Virus record (IMG/VR): IMGVR_UViG_3300036766_000988
Coordinates: 188,184-252,183 of that record
Reading direction: 5' to 3' (one strand)
Length of the DNA stretch: 64,000 bases
Shown one piece after another: positions 25,049 through 36,939 of the stretch. The notes under the pieces were generated by a model that was given only the letters and a program-made list of their open reading frames with translations, was not told where the DNA came from and did not search any database. Each line of letters opens with the position of its first letter. Position 1 is the first letter of the stretch. Both the position numbers and the translations under genes were made by a program.

Positions 25049-25703
25049 CTTCGATCCTGTTCCGAACGGGCTTTCGGTCCTTCCAGTGCTCGTCCGTTTG
25101 AACGTGATCTTCGCGAACCCACTTGGCCACGTAGTGGGGGAACATGGAGTCGGGCATGTCGCACTGGCGTCGAACCACCACCCCTTCACGAGTTTCGCCA
25201 ACGTGGCTTGCCCCGAGGGCATGCCGCTCGACGAGCTTCTGAAGCTCCTTGTCGCTGTAAACGATCACGTTCCGTTCCAGAACGGGTACCGTGGGACACC
25301 CCACCAGATCGGCCCACTGCTCGACCTCGGCCCAGCTAGCCCACAGGCACTTTCGGAGGTCGCAGACCCCAAAGACCATGAAGTAGGCGGGCAGCCGGTT
25401 GTAGCTGATTGTGTGCTGAGCCCAGAGCCACTCGCCGAAGATCTGCACCCCAGCCGGGATGCGGCTCCTGATGCACGCGTGCATGGCCTTGAGAGCGCTG
25501 AAACTTTGGTGGCGGGGTCGGCCAGCATGGGTGCGGGCGAAGACCGCCTCGTTCTCCAGGCAGACGTTCGAGCCGTCCATCTTCTCGGTCACCATGATGG
25601 GGGAGAAGAGCAGGAAGTCCGTGGACTCGATTCGCTTGTCATCCTTCGTGCAGCCGGGGCTGAACAAGAAATGACCTGTTCGGGGGTACTTGGGGGAGTC
25701 CAT
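25041..25703 (-). CDS. ATP-dependent RNA ligase family protein (Rnl2-like NTase domain)
   Basis: KYPRTGH, motif I TEKMDGSN, FGEW, FMVFG, EGVVVR, AKWVR. Confidence 0.82.
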   Translation of the reverse strand: MDSPKYPRTGHFLFSPGCTKDDKRIESTDFLLFSPIMVTEKMDGSNVCLENEAVFARTHAGRPRHQSFSALKAMHACIRSRIPAGVQIFGEWLWAQHTISYNRLPAYFMVFGVCDLRKCLWASWAEVEQWADLVGCPTVPVLERNVIVYSDKELQKLVERHALGASHVGETREGVVVRRQCDMPDSMFPHYVAKWVREDHVQTDEHWKDRKPVRNRIEGG

Positions 25704-25722
25704 GACATGCCTCGTGCGGCTA

Positions 25723-25747
25723 CTACGCCACGGGTCCCCCAAGTTCA
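25723..25747 (-). promoter_or_regulatory. promoter motif upstream of RNA ligase
   Basis: TGAAC ttgggggacccgtggc GTAG. Confidence 0.72.
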
Positions 25748-25751
25748 GCCC

Positions 25752-27805
<2,054 letters not shown>

Positions 27806-27835
27806 CGCGGCATGATAGCCACGTCTGGTCTGATG

Positions 27836-28381
27836 TCAGCCGACTTTGGCTCCGTCGTCCCCAGAGCAGTATAGGAGAACCGTACCCGAGGGCCCCGACG
27901 TGGCGAGGATCATCCCTTCCGACTCGATGCCCATGATCTTGCGAGCTGCCAGGTTGAGAACCGCGACAACCTTCACGCCGATGAGAGCTTCGGGTGCGTA
28001 GGACTTCGCCAGCGTTGCGACGATTGGACGATTCCCCCCAGGCCCAAACGAGACCAACAGCTTCAGGAGCTTGTCGCTCTTCGGGATCCTCTCGGCTGTC
28101 TTGATGGTACCCACCCGCATGTCGACCTTGAGGAAGTCATCGAAGGAGATCTTTCCTCCCGAGAGAATCCTCGACATGGCTTCTGGAGACAGCCCTTGAG
28201 GATTGCTGACACCCTTCATCTCCGCAGGCTTCGCTGCTCCCGAATCCGCCATCTCCTGCATGGTGGGCCGGTCGGGGCTCTCGAAAGCTTTCTTGTAGGC
28301 CTCCCGTGTCCCCTCGGTGATTTCCACCTTGAGACTCGAAATGGGGACTTCTGCGTGTAGGTCGATCTTGTGGTCAGTCAT
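27836..28381 (-). CDS. tRNA-binding OB-fold protein (Trbp111/CsaA/MetRS C-terminal-like)
   Basis: ISFDDFLKVDMRVG..SDKLL..NLAARKIMGIESEGMIL..GAKV. Confidence 0.9.
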   Translation of the reverse strand: MTDHKIDLHAEVPISSLKVEITEGTREAYKKAFESPDRPTMQEMADSGAAKPAEMKGVSNPQGLSPEAMSRILSGGKISFDDFLKVDMRVGTIKTAERIPKSDKLLKLLVSFGPGGNRPIVATLAKSYAPEALIGVKVVAVLNLAARKIMGIESEGMILATSGPSGTVLLYCSGDDGAKVG

Positions 28382-28740
28382 GGTGCCTTCTTGTCGATGA
28401 GCGCGAGATGCGCGTCAATGTCTTGTTGCTCGAATTCCGCAGCAAAGCCCAGCGAATGACAGCACCAACATCCGGTGCCCCAATGGCCGTTGCATGCGGG
28501 GTTGCAGCAGCCGAGTCCGTGCTGCTCCGCGATCTTACAACGTCGTTCACCAGCCTGATGAGGCCGCTGTTTACTGAGGATGCTCTCGTAGAAGCGAATG
28601 CGCTTCTGGAGTTCTTCGACGTACGGATTGCACTTGGGGCACGGAGTGCAGTAGGCGGGCCATTGGGCTTGGCGTTCCGAGTCGAGAGCGCGATGCCACC
28701 CGGCCGGATAGGGATGCCGATGCTCACAGGTGGGGATCAT
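28378..28740 (-). CDS. Cys-rich hypothetical protein
   Basis: Several CxxC pairs; ATGA overlaps on both sides. Confidence 0.6.
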   Translation of the reverse strand: MIPTCEHRHPYPAGWHRALDSERQAQWPAYCTPCPKCNPYVEELQKRIRFYESILSKQRPHQAGERRCKIAEQHGLGCCNPACNGHWGTGCWCCHSLGFAAEFEQQDIDAHLALIDKKAP

Positions 28741-29147
28741 GGTTGGGACTCCTCAGCCTCAGCAACGATTTGAGGAAGGATTGGTGCGTAGAAGTTTCTG
28801 AATGCCGATTGGGCCAGAAAGTCCTCGACGCTCTTCCAAGCTACGGGACATCCTTCCTCCATCTCACGTGGCCCTCCTACAGCTTCCACCAGGAAGAGGC
28901 ACACGATAGACGCCCGTCCTGGCTTGTGGGGAAGGCCGTGCGGCCCTTCGTGGACAAGCCGAGCACTTACCGTGAGTACTCCCGTCTCTTCCCCCAGCTC
29001 ACGCCGCTGAGCAGCTTCGGGGGTCTCTCCGTCTTCGACCATACCGCCAGGCAAAGCCCAACTTTGGTAGCGGGGATTCCACACGCACAGTACATCGCCA
29101 TCGCTGACGACCACCGACACGGCTGCTTTTCGTTCTTCGCTAGGCAT
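28737..29147 (-). CDS. NUDIX hydrolase
   Basis: Nudix box GGMVEDGETPEAAQRRELGEETG. Confidence 0.92.
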   Translation of the reverse strand: MPSEERKAAVSVVVSDGDVLCVWNPRYQSWALPGGMVEDGETPEAAQRRELGEETGVLTVSARLVHEGPHGLPHKPGRASIVCLFLVEAVGGPREMEEGCPVAWKSVEDFLAQSAFRNFYAPILPQIVAEAEESQP

Positions 29148-29166
29148 GCTTCACCCTTGCTGATGC

Positions 29167-29586
29167 CTAGCGGGGCTCCGGTACCAACACGAAGCCCAAT
29201 GAGGTACCATCGTCCCGATAGATCTCAATATCACGTGAAGGCCCTTCTCCTGGTACCTGAAAGGAGTCCCGATAGGAGATCCGGAAGGTGGCGTTGGCTT
29301 TGGCGTTACAGGCTTCATCGGAGACAACCGTCGAGATTTTAGCCTCGGTGGGGAAGGGGATCTCCGTTGCAAGCAACTCCAGATCGTTCGAATAGTTGGT
29401 ATCGACGACCCTAACCGGTAGGGGGTTATCTTCACCTTCGGGCTGAACGAGCCCATCAGCTCCGGCACCATCCCGATGCCGGAGCGTATACAAGGTCAAG
29501 GTTCCTGGATTGTGCGCAAAGCTAAACCAGAACCCGTCGCCTGTCAGATCGATCAGCATGACATTTCTCGGGGAAGACGTGCCCAC
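29167..29586 (-). CDS. hypothetical protein (start uncertain)
   Basis: ORF on the operon strand. Confidence 0.4.
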   Translation of the reverse strand: MGTSSPRNVMLIDLTGDGFWFSFAHNPGTLTLYTLRHRDGAGADGLVQPEGEDNPLPVRVVDTNYSNDLELLATEIPFPTEAKISTVVSDEACNAKANATFRISYRDSFQVPGEGPSRDIEIYRDDGTSLGFVLVPEPR

Positions 29587-29664
29587 CTCTGATGATGAGC
29601 AATACCCCAGACGGCGGACTTCGATACATCGAACATGTAAAAAATAGCCCGCCCTCTTCTGGGA

Positions 29665-31068
29665 TCAGTCTGCCCCCTTGATGTTGGCCACGGGGTACAA
29701 CCGGTGGGCGACCCTAGCGATCTCCTCGGCTTCCAGAACCCCCAAGACCGAGTCGAGATCTTTGTAAACGTGAGCGCATTCGTCGAGCGGGATGTGGCGG
29801 TGGTTGCTCATGATGCCTTCGATGGCCACGCCGTTGAACGTACGCTTGACGTTGGCCATCTCGTCATCGATCCGCTGCTGCTTGTGTTCGAGGTCCCGCT
29901 TGGCCTTGCCCCGCGCCATGATGCGGCCGGATCCGTGGTTGACCGAGCACGCCGTCCTGTAGGCATTCCGCTGCGGAAACAGGACTGCGGCACCCTCGTA
30001 CATCGAACCGGGGATGAGGCAAGGGTGGCCGGTGGCCTCCCACGGGGTTCCCACCAGATCGGGATGTCCCGCCGGAAACGCGCGAGTGGCCCCCTTGCGG
30101 TGAACGAAGCCCTTCTTGGTCGTCCCATCGGGAAGGACGAGCGTCTCCTGCTGGACCAGGTTGTGGCTGATCTCGTAGTAGACCTGGACGTCCGATCCGA
30201 AGACTTCTTGCGTGGCCTCTCGAACTCCGTTGACGATGATGTGTCGGTTCGCGACAGCGAAGTTCGCAGCCGAGTTGTGGTGAGCCCAGTACTCCTTGCC
30301 GAGGGGCTCGTCCGCACGGAGCCACGACTCCTCGCGCCGGTTGGCCGGGAGGTTGCGGACCTTCGCGCCTTCGTAGAAGAAGTGGTTGGCCGTCTGCCAG
30401 CCGTATCCGCGCGAGCCGCAGTGAACCATGATGAAGACCTCGCCCGAGTCGCGGTCGCACTGCATCTCGACGAAGTGGTTACCGCCGCCGACACTGCCGA
30501 GCTGGCCGATGACGCTGCCGTACGCCTTCTCGATCTTCGTGAGATCGGCGGTCTCGTCGACCGGGATGTACTGCCGCTCGCAGAGCCCAGCATCGACCCC
30601 GAGGGCCTTCGCTCCGTAGCGGAGGATCTCGTCGACCTGTTGCTTCTTGAACTTGGGCATCAGCTCCGGCCGGTTGTGTCCCTTGCCGGTTGCGATACGA
30701 CGCTCGACCTCGGTGACCCACTGGCGCCGACGTTCCTTGCTCTTCACGGAACCCGCGTTGAGGTTCGCCTTCATGTAGAGCACGCCGCACGAGATGTCGT
30801 AGCCCGAGCCGCCCTGGATGATCGTGTTGTCCGTCACGATGACCGAGCCAACCGGAACGCCGTAGCCGACGTGGCAGTCCGGCATCAGGTACGCCCCGAT
30901 CACCCCTTCGTAGGAAGCGCCGTCCGCGATCTGCTGCCAACAGCCTTCTTCGGAGGACTCGTAGAGAGCTTCCGAAAGGAAAGCGTGGGCATCTACCCGC
31001 ATCTTGCCAACCTTCGGCAGGACGTAGTGGTTGTCGCGGACCTTCTGAACGGCGTACTTGAACGACAT
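29665..31068 (-). CDS. rtcB: RNA-splicing/repair ligase RtcB
   Basis: MPDCHVGYG, GYDISCG, GGNHF, HCGSRG, HN, HRKGAT, PGSM, HGSGR, YKD. Confidence 0.96.
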   Translation of the reverse strand: MSFKYAVQKVRDNHYVLPKVGKMRVDAHAFLSEALYESSEEGCWQQIADGASYEGVIGAYLMPDCHVGYGVPVGSVIVTDNTIIQGGSGYDISCGVLYMKANLNAGSVKSKERRRQWVTEVERRIATGKGHNRPELMPKFKKQQVDEILRYGAKALGVDAGLCERQYIPVDETADLTKIEKAYGSVIGQLGSVGGGNHFVEMQCDRDSGEVFIMVHCGSRGYGWQTANHFFYEGAKVRNLPANRREESWLRADEPLGKEYWAHHNSAANFAVANRHIIVNGVREATQEVFGSDVQVYYEISHNLVQQETLVLPDGTTKKGFVHRKGATRAFPAGHPDLVGTPWEATGHPCLIPGSMYEGAAVLFPQRNAYRTACSVNHGSGRIMARGKAKRDLEHKQQRIDDEMANVKRTFNGVAIEGIMSNHRHIPLDECAHVYKDLDSVLGVLEAEEIARVAHRLYPVANIKGAD

Positions 31069-31076
31069 GGGATCTA

Positions 31077-31101
31077 CTACACCAACCGGGGCTCTTGTTC
31101 A
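31077..31101 (-). promoter_or_regulatory. promoter motif upstream of rtcB (8 nt from ATG)
   Basis: TGAAC aagagccccggttggt GTAG tagatccc ATG. Confidence 0.72.
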
Positions 31102-31680
31102 GCCAGGCTCTTGGGGGGGATCGGGTCGACGAAGGAGACCTCGGCTGAACTCGATCATCTGATGAACCACCGCTTCGAGGTTCCGCCGCTGGATTTCCTC
31201 GCGGAATTTGTCCTCTTCGGTGGCTCCCTCACGGCTCGCCCGTTCTTGGGCTTGTTCGTAGGCGATGTCAGCTCGACCGCATCGTTGCAACAGGGCCTCC
31301 ATCACCCCAAAGTGCATGAGGCGCTCTTCCATGCCCTTGCGCTTGAGCGCCATGGCGGTCCAGAACTCTTCGGCCGCATCGTCTGCCGTGACCCCTTCGC
31401 CAAGCGTGACCTTTCCGTTCGGATCGATCTGGACGATGACCCGGCCGGTTTGGGTGGCGAACGTGAGGGTACCCGGATGGGGGGCTCCCAGCTCACGGAT
31501 GAGCCGGTTCTCGACCGACTCGGGCCTTGGCCCCAGAACGGCATCCCAGTAGCCTCTCAGCCCCTCCTGGTCCTCCCCGGCCCCGGCGTTGGGGGCTTCG
31601 GAGTGGTCTTTTTCAGTGGAGGCCTCTTGAGGGGCTTCTCCTGGGGTGCCTTCTGAACGGTCTTTTTGATCGTTGGGCAT
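31099..31680 (-). CDS. hypothetical protein
   Basis: AAGGAGG RBS. Confidence 0.7.
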   Translation of the reverse strand: MPNDQKDRSEGTPGEAPQEASTEKDHSEAPNAGAGEDQEGLRGYWDAVLGPRPESVENRLIRELGAPHPGTLTFATQTGRVIVQIDPNGKVTLGEGVTADDAAEEFWTAMALKRKGMEERLMHFGVMEALLQRCGRADIAYEQAQERASREGATEEDKFREEIQRRNLEAVVHQMIEFSRGLLRRPDPPQEPG

Positions 31681-32195
31681 GGCGTGCCCTCCTTCTCATC
31701 TGGGTCGTCGCGTAGGATACGTTCCCACGCGGTCAGGATTTGGGTTCGGTCGACTTTCGGCTCCTCGACCTTGGGCTCGCGCCGACGTGTTCTACGGGTG
31801 CGGACGGGTTCTTCGCGATACGGACCCTGGGGGGTTCCTCCAACGAAGGCCTGTCGGAGGGCCTCAGCGTTGAAGGCTCCTGTTTCGAAGCCCCCTACGG
31901 AGAGATTCTGGTGAACTTCCAGGCGTTCCGCTTCAAGCTGGAGTTCGCTGGTGGCTCGCTGCATCTCCGCGTTGGCTTGCCGGATCTCTTCCTGCGTTCG
32001 TTCGGCTCGTCCTTGTCTGGCCCTAAACTCCCTGACCCTTCGTTCGACGAGCCAGCGGAAGGCGTACTTCCACGCCTGCGCCGACCACACGATCAGAAGA
32101 AAGCCAACCGCTATCCCGAAAGCGTAGCGACCCGAGGGGCTCAACCAGCTCCACAAACCGGTGAACCAACCGGTGACATCTCCGACCGTGACCAT
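31557..32195 (-). CDS. membrane-anchored coiled-coil protein
   Basis: N-terminal hydrophobic helix, coiled coil, TAWERILRDD motif. Confidence 0.6.
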   Translation of the reverse strand: MVTVGDVTGWFTGLWSWLSPSGRYAFGIAVGFLLIVWSAQAWKYAFRWLVERRVREFRARQGRAERTQEEIRQANAEMQRATSELQLEAERLEVHQNLSVGGFETGAFNAEALRQAFVGGTPQGPYREEPVRTRRTRRREPKVEEPKVDRTQILTAWERILRDDPDEKEGTPCPTIKKTVQKAPQEKPLKRPPLKKTTPKPPTPGPGRTRRG

Positions 32196-32463
32196 GGCCT
32201 ACCCTACACCTCCTGAGCTTTCGAGGGCTGAAGAAAAAACGCAACAACCGACCCCTCTCAGGCCCATTACCAGTAGGGGGTTCGACACACCTCCCTTCGA
32301 CGCTGCGAAGTATTTTCGACTGCCGCGAAGGATTTTGGCGCTTCCTCCACATAGGAGCGCTCGAAGTTGTCCCGAGAGCCTACGACCTGTCCCGTAAAGA
32401 ACGGGGTTGTCGTCTTTCTTCGCTCCGACGTGAACGAAGTGGATCACAGGGGAGCATAACCCG

Positions 32464-32850
32464 ATGGAGGATCAGATGAGAGCGTTCTACGTGAAGATCG
32501 ATGAGGCTACCCAGGCGAAGACTCCAGCAGAGGCTATCGGGAAGTTGACGGAGGCCTACTCGCTCGGGCAGCCGCTCATCAAGCGGGCCCGAGCCCGGTG
32601 CGAGTTCAGGACGGTGGCGAATCTCTCGGATATCCTCCGGTGGGCCGCCTTCACTTGCGCAGCGAAGCTTGTCGGTGGCGACCGAGCCCCTTGGGCCCTT
32701 TTTCCTTACGATGGCAGCTCCTCGCCGACGCTCAGGGGAGAGTCGTCAAGCCTCGACTGGCGGTGGCGTAAGGAGCAGGAGTGGGCCGAGACGTGGCTTC
32801 CGAGTGTCCCCCTCTGGACCCGAGGCCCTGACTCGAAGATGAGCTTATAG
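32464..32850 (+). CDS. hypothetical protein
   Basis: GGAG RBS. Confidence 0.6.
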   Translation: MEDQMRAFYVKIDEATQAKTPAEAIGKLTEAYSLGQPLIKRARARCEFRTVANLSDILRWAAFTCAAKLVGGDRAPWALFPYDGSSSPTLRGESSSLDWRWRKEQEWAETWLPSVPLWTRGPDSKMSL

Positions 32851-32862
32851 GCCTGGAAAGCT

Positions 32863-33231
32863 ATGGAGAGTCTCACCCAGCGGGTTGTGCGTCGATTCCT
32901 GGCAGCTCAACCTCGGTTCCAAGACGTCCGCCAGATGCTGCTCGAAGGGCTCAAGCGGGAGGGGTGGGAAGTTCGCGAGGGCCTCATGGTGCCGCACGCG
33001 ACCTCGCCGGATCACAAGACCCGCCTGTGGTTCAAGGCCCGTGCGGTCTACATGAATGACCTGGGCACGGATCCCCGTGACTATAAGAACACCCACAGCT
33101 TGTCATCCGACATCCGTGAGTACGTCGATCTCCGAGGGCTCTTGAACGACATCGCTATCATGCGGCGAATCCAACATGGATCCAAGCCGGACCCCGCAGG
33201 AAACCCGGGATCACCCGAATTTCGCGCCTAG
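32863..33231 (+). CDS. hypothetical protein
   Basis: ORF; N-terminus LTQRVVRRFLAA. Confidence 0.65.
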   Translation: MESLTQRVVRRFLAAQPRFQDVRQMLLEGLKREGWEVREGLMVPHATSPDHKTRLWFKARAVYMNDLGTDPRDYKNTHSLSSDIREYVDLRGLLNDIAIMRRIQHGSKPDPAGNPGSPEFRA

Positions 33232-34130
33232 GTCTCGTCTTCTTCGTCCGCCTCTTCGCCGTTCTCGGCCTCTTCGGCTTCCCTTGCGGCCTTGGCGATC
33301 TCCGCCACACGGTCTGCGAACCCTTCGTGGAGATCCCAATTGATGTCTTGGGAACCCTTCCCAGGCGGGGGTCTCCAGGCTCGCCGAAGTCCATATAGCA
33401 CTTGGTTGACGTGAGCGACGTCTCCGATCTCGCGGAAGATGTTGAGCGCGGTTTCCGGTGTGATCGTTCCGTCGGTCATCCCTTGCATCAGAAGGGTGCG
33501 GTAGAAACTGAAGCTTGGTCCTGCCTCACCTGGTATGAAGATCGACGAGAAAAACGACGTCCGCTCTTGGAAGTGGTTCTCAGTTTTGAAACAGTCTCGC
33601 AGTTCCTTGGCTGGGTTCTCTACAAGATACTGCACGAGGGCTGCGGCATCCTGGTGAGCCTTTCGTCGAGACGACTCTCCCCAGAAAGGCTCGAACTTGA
33701 GCCCCAGGAGGTAGTCCCACACGTCTTCACGAATGAGCACCTGACCCACCGGTTCGAACTTTCGGTAGCCCTTTCGTTGAACCCAGCCCCGTTCGATGGG
33801 CTCGAAGAACTTCTCGTAGTCGTAGACGACCGGCAGAGGAGCTTCCGGTTTCTCGAACCGATCGTCTCGCCAGGTCATCGGACTATCCCCAAGCAGATCC
33901 TTGGTCACGTCCCAGTGGATGGGCTGCGGTTCGAAATTGAGCGTGCCTCGGTCATCGTTGTACGTCCCCCGGAACGGCAAGCAGAGCGGACTCCACAGCC
34001 CTACCGGGTAGCAGAAGCCGCTTCGTCCATCGTCGATGCTCGTGCCTGGTCTGAGCAGGAAGAGCAAGGCCTTCGTTCCTGGTGGGAGAGGAAGGCCGGA
34101 GAGCCCACAGGTTTCGTACCAACATCCCAT
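33228..34130 (-). CDS. hypothetical phage protein (MGCWxxTC N-terminus)
   Basis: 300 aa ORF with acidic tail. Confidence 0.7.
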   Translation of the reverse strand: MGCWYETCGLSGLPLPPGTKALLFLLRPGTSIDDGRSGFCYPVGLWSPLCLPFRGTYNDDRGTLNFEPQPIHWDVTKDLLGDSPMTWRDDRFEKPEAPLPVVYDYEKFFEPIERGWVQRKGYRKFEPVGQVLIREDVWDYLLGLKFEPFWGESSRRKAHQDAAALVQYLVENPAKELRDCFKTENHFQERTSFFSSIFIPGEAGPSFSFYRTLLMQGMTDGTITPETALNIFREIGDVAHVNQVLYGLRRAWRPPPGKGSQDINWDLHEGFADRVAEIAKAAREAEEAENGEEADEEDET

Positions 34131-34198
34131 AGTCCAGCTCGTGTTTCAGTTCGATGCGTTGGGCGTTCGTTGGTGTAAGGCGGGTCGAGGGTCATTCG

Positions 34199-34615
34199 AT
34201 GGCAGACGACAAGCGCAAGCACGAGGGAGTCATCTACCAGGTGGGGGAGCCCGAGCGGGTCGGGAGATATCCGGTTCGCACCGAGCTAACGGTGTTGCCC
34301 GCCGCCGATGATCCGAAGGTCGGCTGGACCGTCGGGCATGTGTACTCGGGAGAAGAGGTCTTCAAAGCAGGGGCTCCCGATGTCTCCTTGACGCGGAGAG
34401 AGGATCTTCAAGAAGGCATGGAGATCATCGTGGCTACCCTCGTCGGGGGCTATCGCATGATCGTCAAGAGAGATGACGACGGAGAACTCTACGCTGAAAC
34501 TGCGAACGGGTTGACGGGGGCGTTCCTCGACTTCGATACGGATGATCGGCACTGCTGGACTTCTGCGATGGCGTACAACCGGCGTGCCCTCAAGAGCTTG
34601 GAGACGTCGGGCTAG
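34199..34615 (+). CDS. hypothetical protein
   Basis: GGTGTA motif and GAGG upstream of ATG 34199. Confidence 0.6.
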   Translation: MADDKRKHEGVIYQVGEPERVGRYPVRTELTVLPAADDPKVGWTVGHVYSGEEVFKAGAPDVSLTRREDLQEGMEIIVATLVGGYRMIVKRDDDGELYAETANGLTGAFLDFDTDDRHCWTSAMAYNRRALKSLETSG

Positions 34616-35931
34616 CTGGCGAGCTTCTGTTCGATGGCGTTGAGCGCTGTCTCGATCGAAGCCACCCCGCCCTTGTCTCCGAAGACGTAGGGGACGTGAT
34701 TGGTCTTACAGGCATCGGTGATCTTGTTGCTGGTCTTGTGCCCGATGAGCCCTTCGAGAAGGATGATGGCGCACACGCCGCCGGTACGAATCCGATGCGC
34801 CATTGATTCGACCGACTTCATGGAATCGCTGTCGGTCTCATGCCATTCGACCTTGACCCCGAAGCGATTTGCGCAGAGTTCGATCTTCTCGTTGACGACG
34901 AGGCCTCCGACGATGAAGAGGGGTTTCTTCTGCATCGCAGCCCGGAGCGAAGGAAGCTTCGGCCACGAGTGCAGGATCGAGGTCTTCTCGGCTTCAACCT
35001 TCGGTTTTGGGGTGGCTTTGACCGGCCCCTGCGAGGCCACGAAGGCGGTGTCGCGATCGAACTGCGCAACCTTACGACGGCCTTCCGAGGCGATCTTCTC
35101 CCACTCTCCGTAGGAGCCGAAGGCCAGGCCTTTGATGTAGTCCGAGATGCCGCTCTCGGCCTTCATGCCCCCCAAGACAGGCATGAGCTGCCCGATGCGT
35201 TCGTACAGGAAGTGATCCTCGGGCAGACGATCTTGGAGACCCCGACCTTCGGCTACCAGCGCCTGAAGCAGGGGATAGAGCCGGGTTGGATGGTTGTCTT
35301 GCACCTTGCCGCTGAGAGCTTCGATTTCAGCGACGAGTCTCTTCGCTTTCTCGACATCCGTGGAGAGAAGCTTTCGTTTTGCGGACGGCTTCACCTCCGA
35401 CTTCGCGAGTAGATGGGCGAACGTCTCGGGTTTTTCTTCCGCCGCCGGTGCCGTCGTCTTGAGAGACAACGAGGTGTCCACAACATGGACGTCAACGACC
35501 GACGACGGACCCACTAAAGGGAGGACACCTCCCACGAGTTCGCATACTTCGAGCAGCGCAGTGCGAAGAGCCGTGCGACTGGTCTCTGCTCCCTCGACAT
35601 CGGGCATGGGTTCTTGCCCGAGTGCGGTCAGAACCGAGTTCAAAACACGTCGTTCCGCTTCTTGTCGAGCGACCGTCTCGTACGTGTCGAGATGAGTCTT
35701 GAGCCGCGCCATCTTCTCGGCCACGGGCTTCATCTCGGTGTCGACCTTCTTGAGCGCAGCGGTCTGTATCGTGTCGGGTAACTTGGACGCGACAGGGGCA
35801 GCAGCAACCATCGGGGGCTCCTCCGTAGGTACAGGGTTGGGTTTTTTCGGGCGCGGCTTGATCGCCCAGGGCTCGACTTCACGCGCCACAGCCTTCAAAT
35901 AGCCGGAGATGGACGGGCCGTAGTGGGGCAT
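34612..35931 (-). CDS. protein with C-terminal DUF2325-like domain
   Basis: LFIVGG...IILLEGLIGH...ACKTNHVPYV. Confidence 0.6.
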   Translation of the reverse strand: MPHYGPSISGYLKAVAREVEPWAIKPRPKKPNPVPTEEPPMVAAAPVASKLPDTIQTAALKKVDTEMKPVAEKMARLKTHLDTYETVARQEAERRVLNSVLTALGQEPMPDVEGAETSRTALRTALLEVCELVGGVLPLVGPSSVVDVHVVDTSLSLKTTAPAAEEKPETFAHLLAKSEVKPSAKRKLLSTDVEKAKRLVAEIEALSGKVQDNHPTRLYPLLQALVAEGRGLQDRLPEDHFLYERIGQLMPVLGGMKAESGISDYIKGLAFGSYGEWEKIASEGRRKVAQFDRDTAFVASQGPVKATPKPKVEAEKTSILHSWPKLPSLRAAMQKKPLFIVGGLVVNEKIELCANRFGVKVEWHETDSDSMKSVESMAHRIRTGGVCAIILLEGLIGHKTSNKITDACKTNHVPYVFGDKGGVASIETALNAIEQKLAS

Positions 35932-35944
35932 GTGCCTCTCTTAC

Positions 35945-35969
35945 TGATACACCGCCCCGAACGGTGTAG
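35945..35969. promoter_or_regulatory. back-to-back promoter palindrome
   Basis: TACACCG-ccccgaa-CGGTGTA between divergent genes; plus strand fits TGATA-N16-GTAG. Confidence 0.55.
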
Positions 35970-35983
35970 CGTAGCCACGTGAC

Positions 35984-36445
35984 ATGGTGCTGACCGAGAT
36001 CCGCCCTCCGCTCGACGGGCCCGGTGGGAAAGACGTGACCGAGAACGACCTCGAAGAGTGGTGGGCTGACATCCTGCCCCCACCGTTGAATCCCCCACAC
36101 TACCCCGTGACGGGTCTTGTGTTCGGGCACCTGTGGATGGGTCTGCTTTACGGAGAACGTGAACTCACCGACGCGAACTACCAGCGTCAGCGAGTCGTCA
36201 TCCCATCGGGATCCACGATGGAATTTCGAGCCGAGTTTCCACAAGGCATCGCAGGGGATGTCACGGCCGCCGCTCTGTACCTACGGGAGCGAGGGGGAGA
36301 GCTTCTCTGGAAGAAGGAGTACCCTATCCTCTGTCTTTCCCCTGGGGTTCAGCTCAGCATTTCGCTGGTCCTACAAGACGTAGAGGGTGACGCAGGACAG
36401 TTCGTGGGCTTCCGAAAGATCCTCAAACTACACGGTGTTCTGTGA
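35984..36445 (+). CDS. hypothetical protein
   Basis: First gene after the promoter. Confidence 0.6.
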   Translation: MVLTEIRPPLDGPGGKDVTENDLEEWWADILPPPLNPPHYPVTGLVFGHLWMGLLYGERELTDANYQRQRVVIPSGSTMEFRAEFPQGIAGDVTAAALYLRERGGELLWKKEYPILCLSPGVQLSISLVLQDVEGDAGQFVGFRKILKLHGVL

Positions 36446-36720
36446 TCGGACGAATCGAGATCGACGAGAAGTTTTTGGAATTGTTCGGAACCGGGACGCT
36501 GCTTGGGACCCTCTTGGATCTCTACGGCAAGGCCCCGGAGAAGGTCGTGTTGGTCTTTCCGAGAACCACAACCGCTTGGCGGGAGAAGTTTGGGGGTCCG
36601 CACCAGTACATCGTGAACGAGTACACGATTGCTTGCTTGTTGGAGGATGTCTTGCGGCTTCGTGCGCAAGGCATCGAAGTCAGCATCGAGTACGAGACCA
36701 AGGATTGGGGCCGTGGGTGA
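36442..36720 (+). CDS. hypothetical protein
   Basis: GTGA overlap. Confidence 0.55.
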   Translation: MIGRIEIDEKFLELFGTGTLLGTLLDLYGKAPEKVVLVFPRTTTAWREKFGGPHQYIVNEYTIACLLEDVLRLRAQGIEVSIEYETKDWGRG

Positions 36721-36939
36721 GAGGCACGCAGCTCGTGTTCTTCTACGGCGCTTTGGCCCGCGTGCTCTTTTGGCGAAGAGCGCCGGACGTTGGTCTGTCA
36801 TCATCATGCACCAAGCCAACTACGGCTCAGGGGTGACGATCACTGATCAGTGCTGTACGGTTAGCCGTGCCGTGTCCCAGGCAATCCAGTACGCCATTGC
36901 AGAGAGGGTCGGAATTGACCCCGTATTTGGGGAATCCTC

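Noticed and set aside
29560-29640. Possible frameshift at the 5' end of ORF 29167-29586
   Set aside because: Upstream ATGs are out of frame, but without homology there is no way to tell which reading is real.
29704-31656. 650-aa plus-strand ORF
   Set aside because: Antisense shadow of rtcB; no recognisable motifs.
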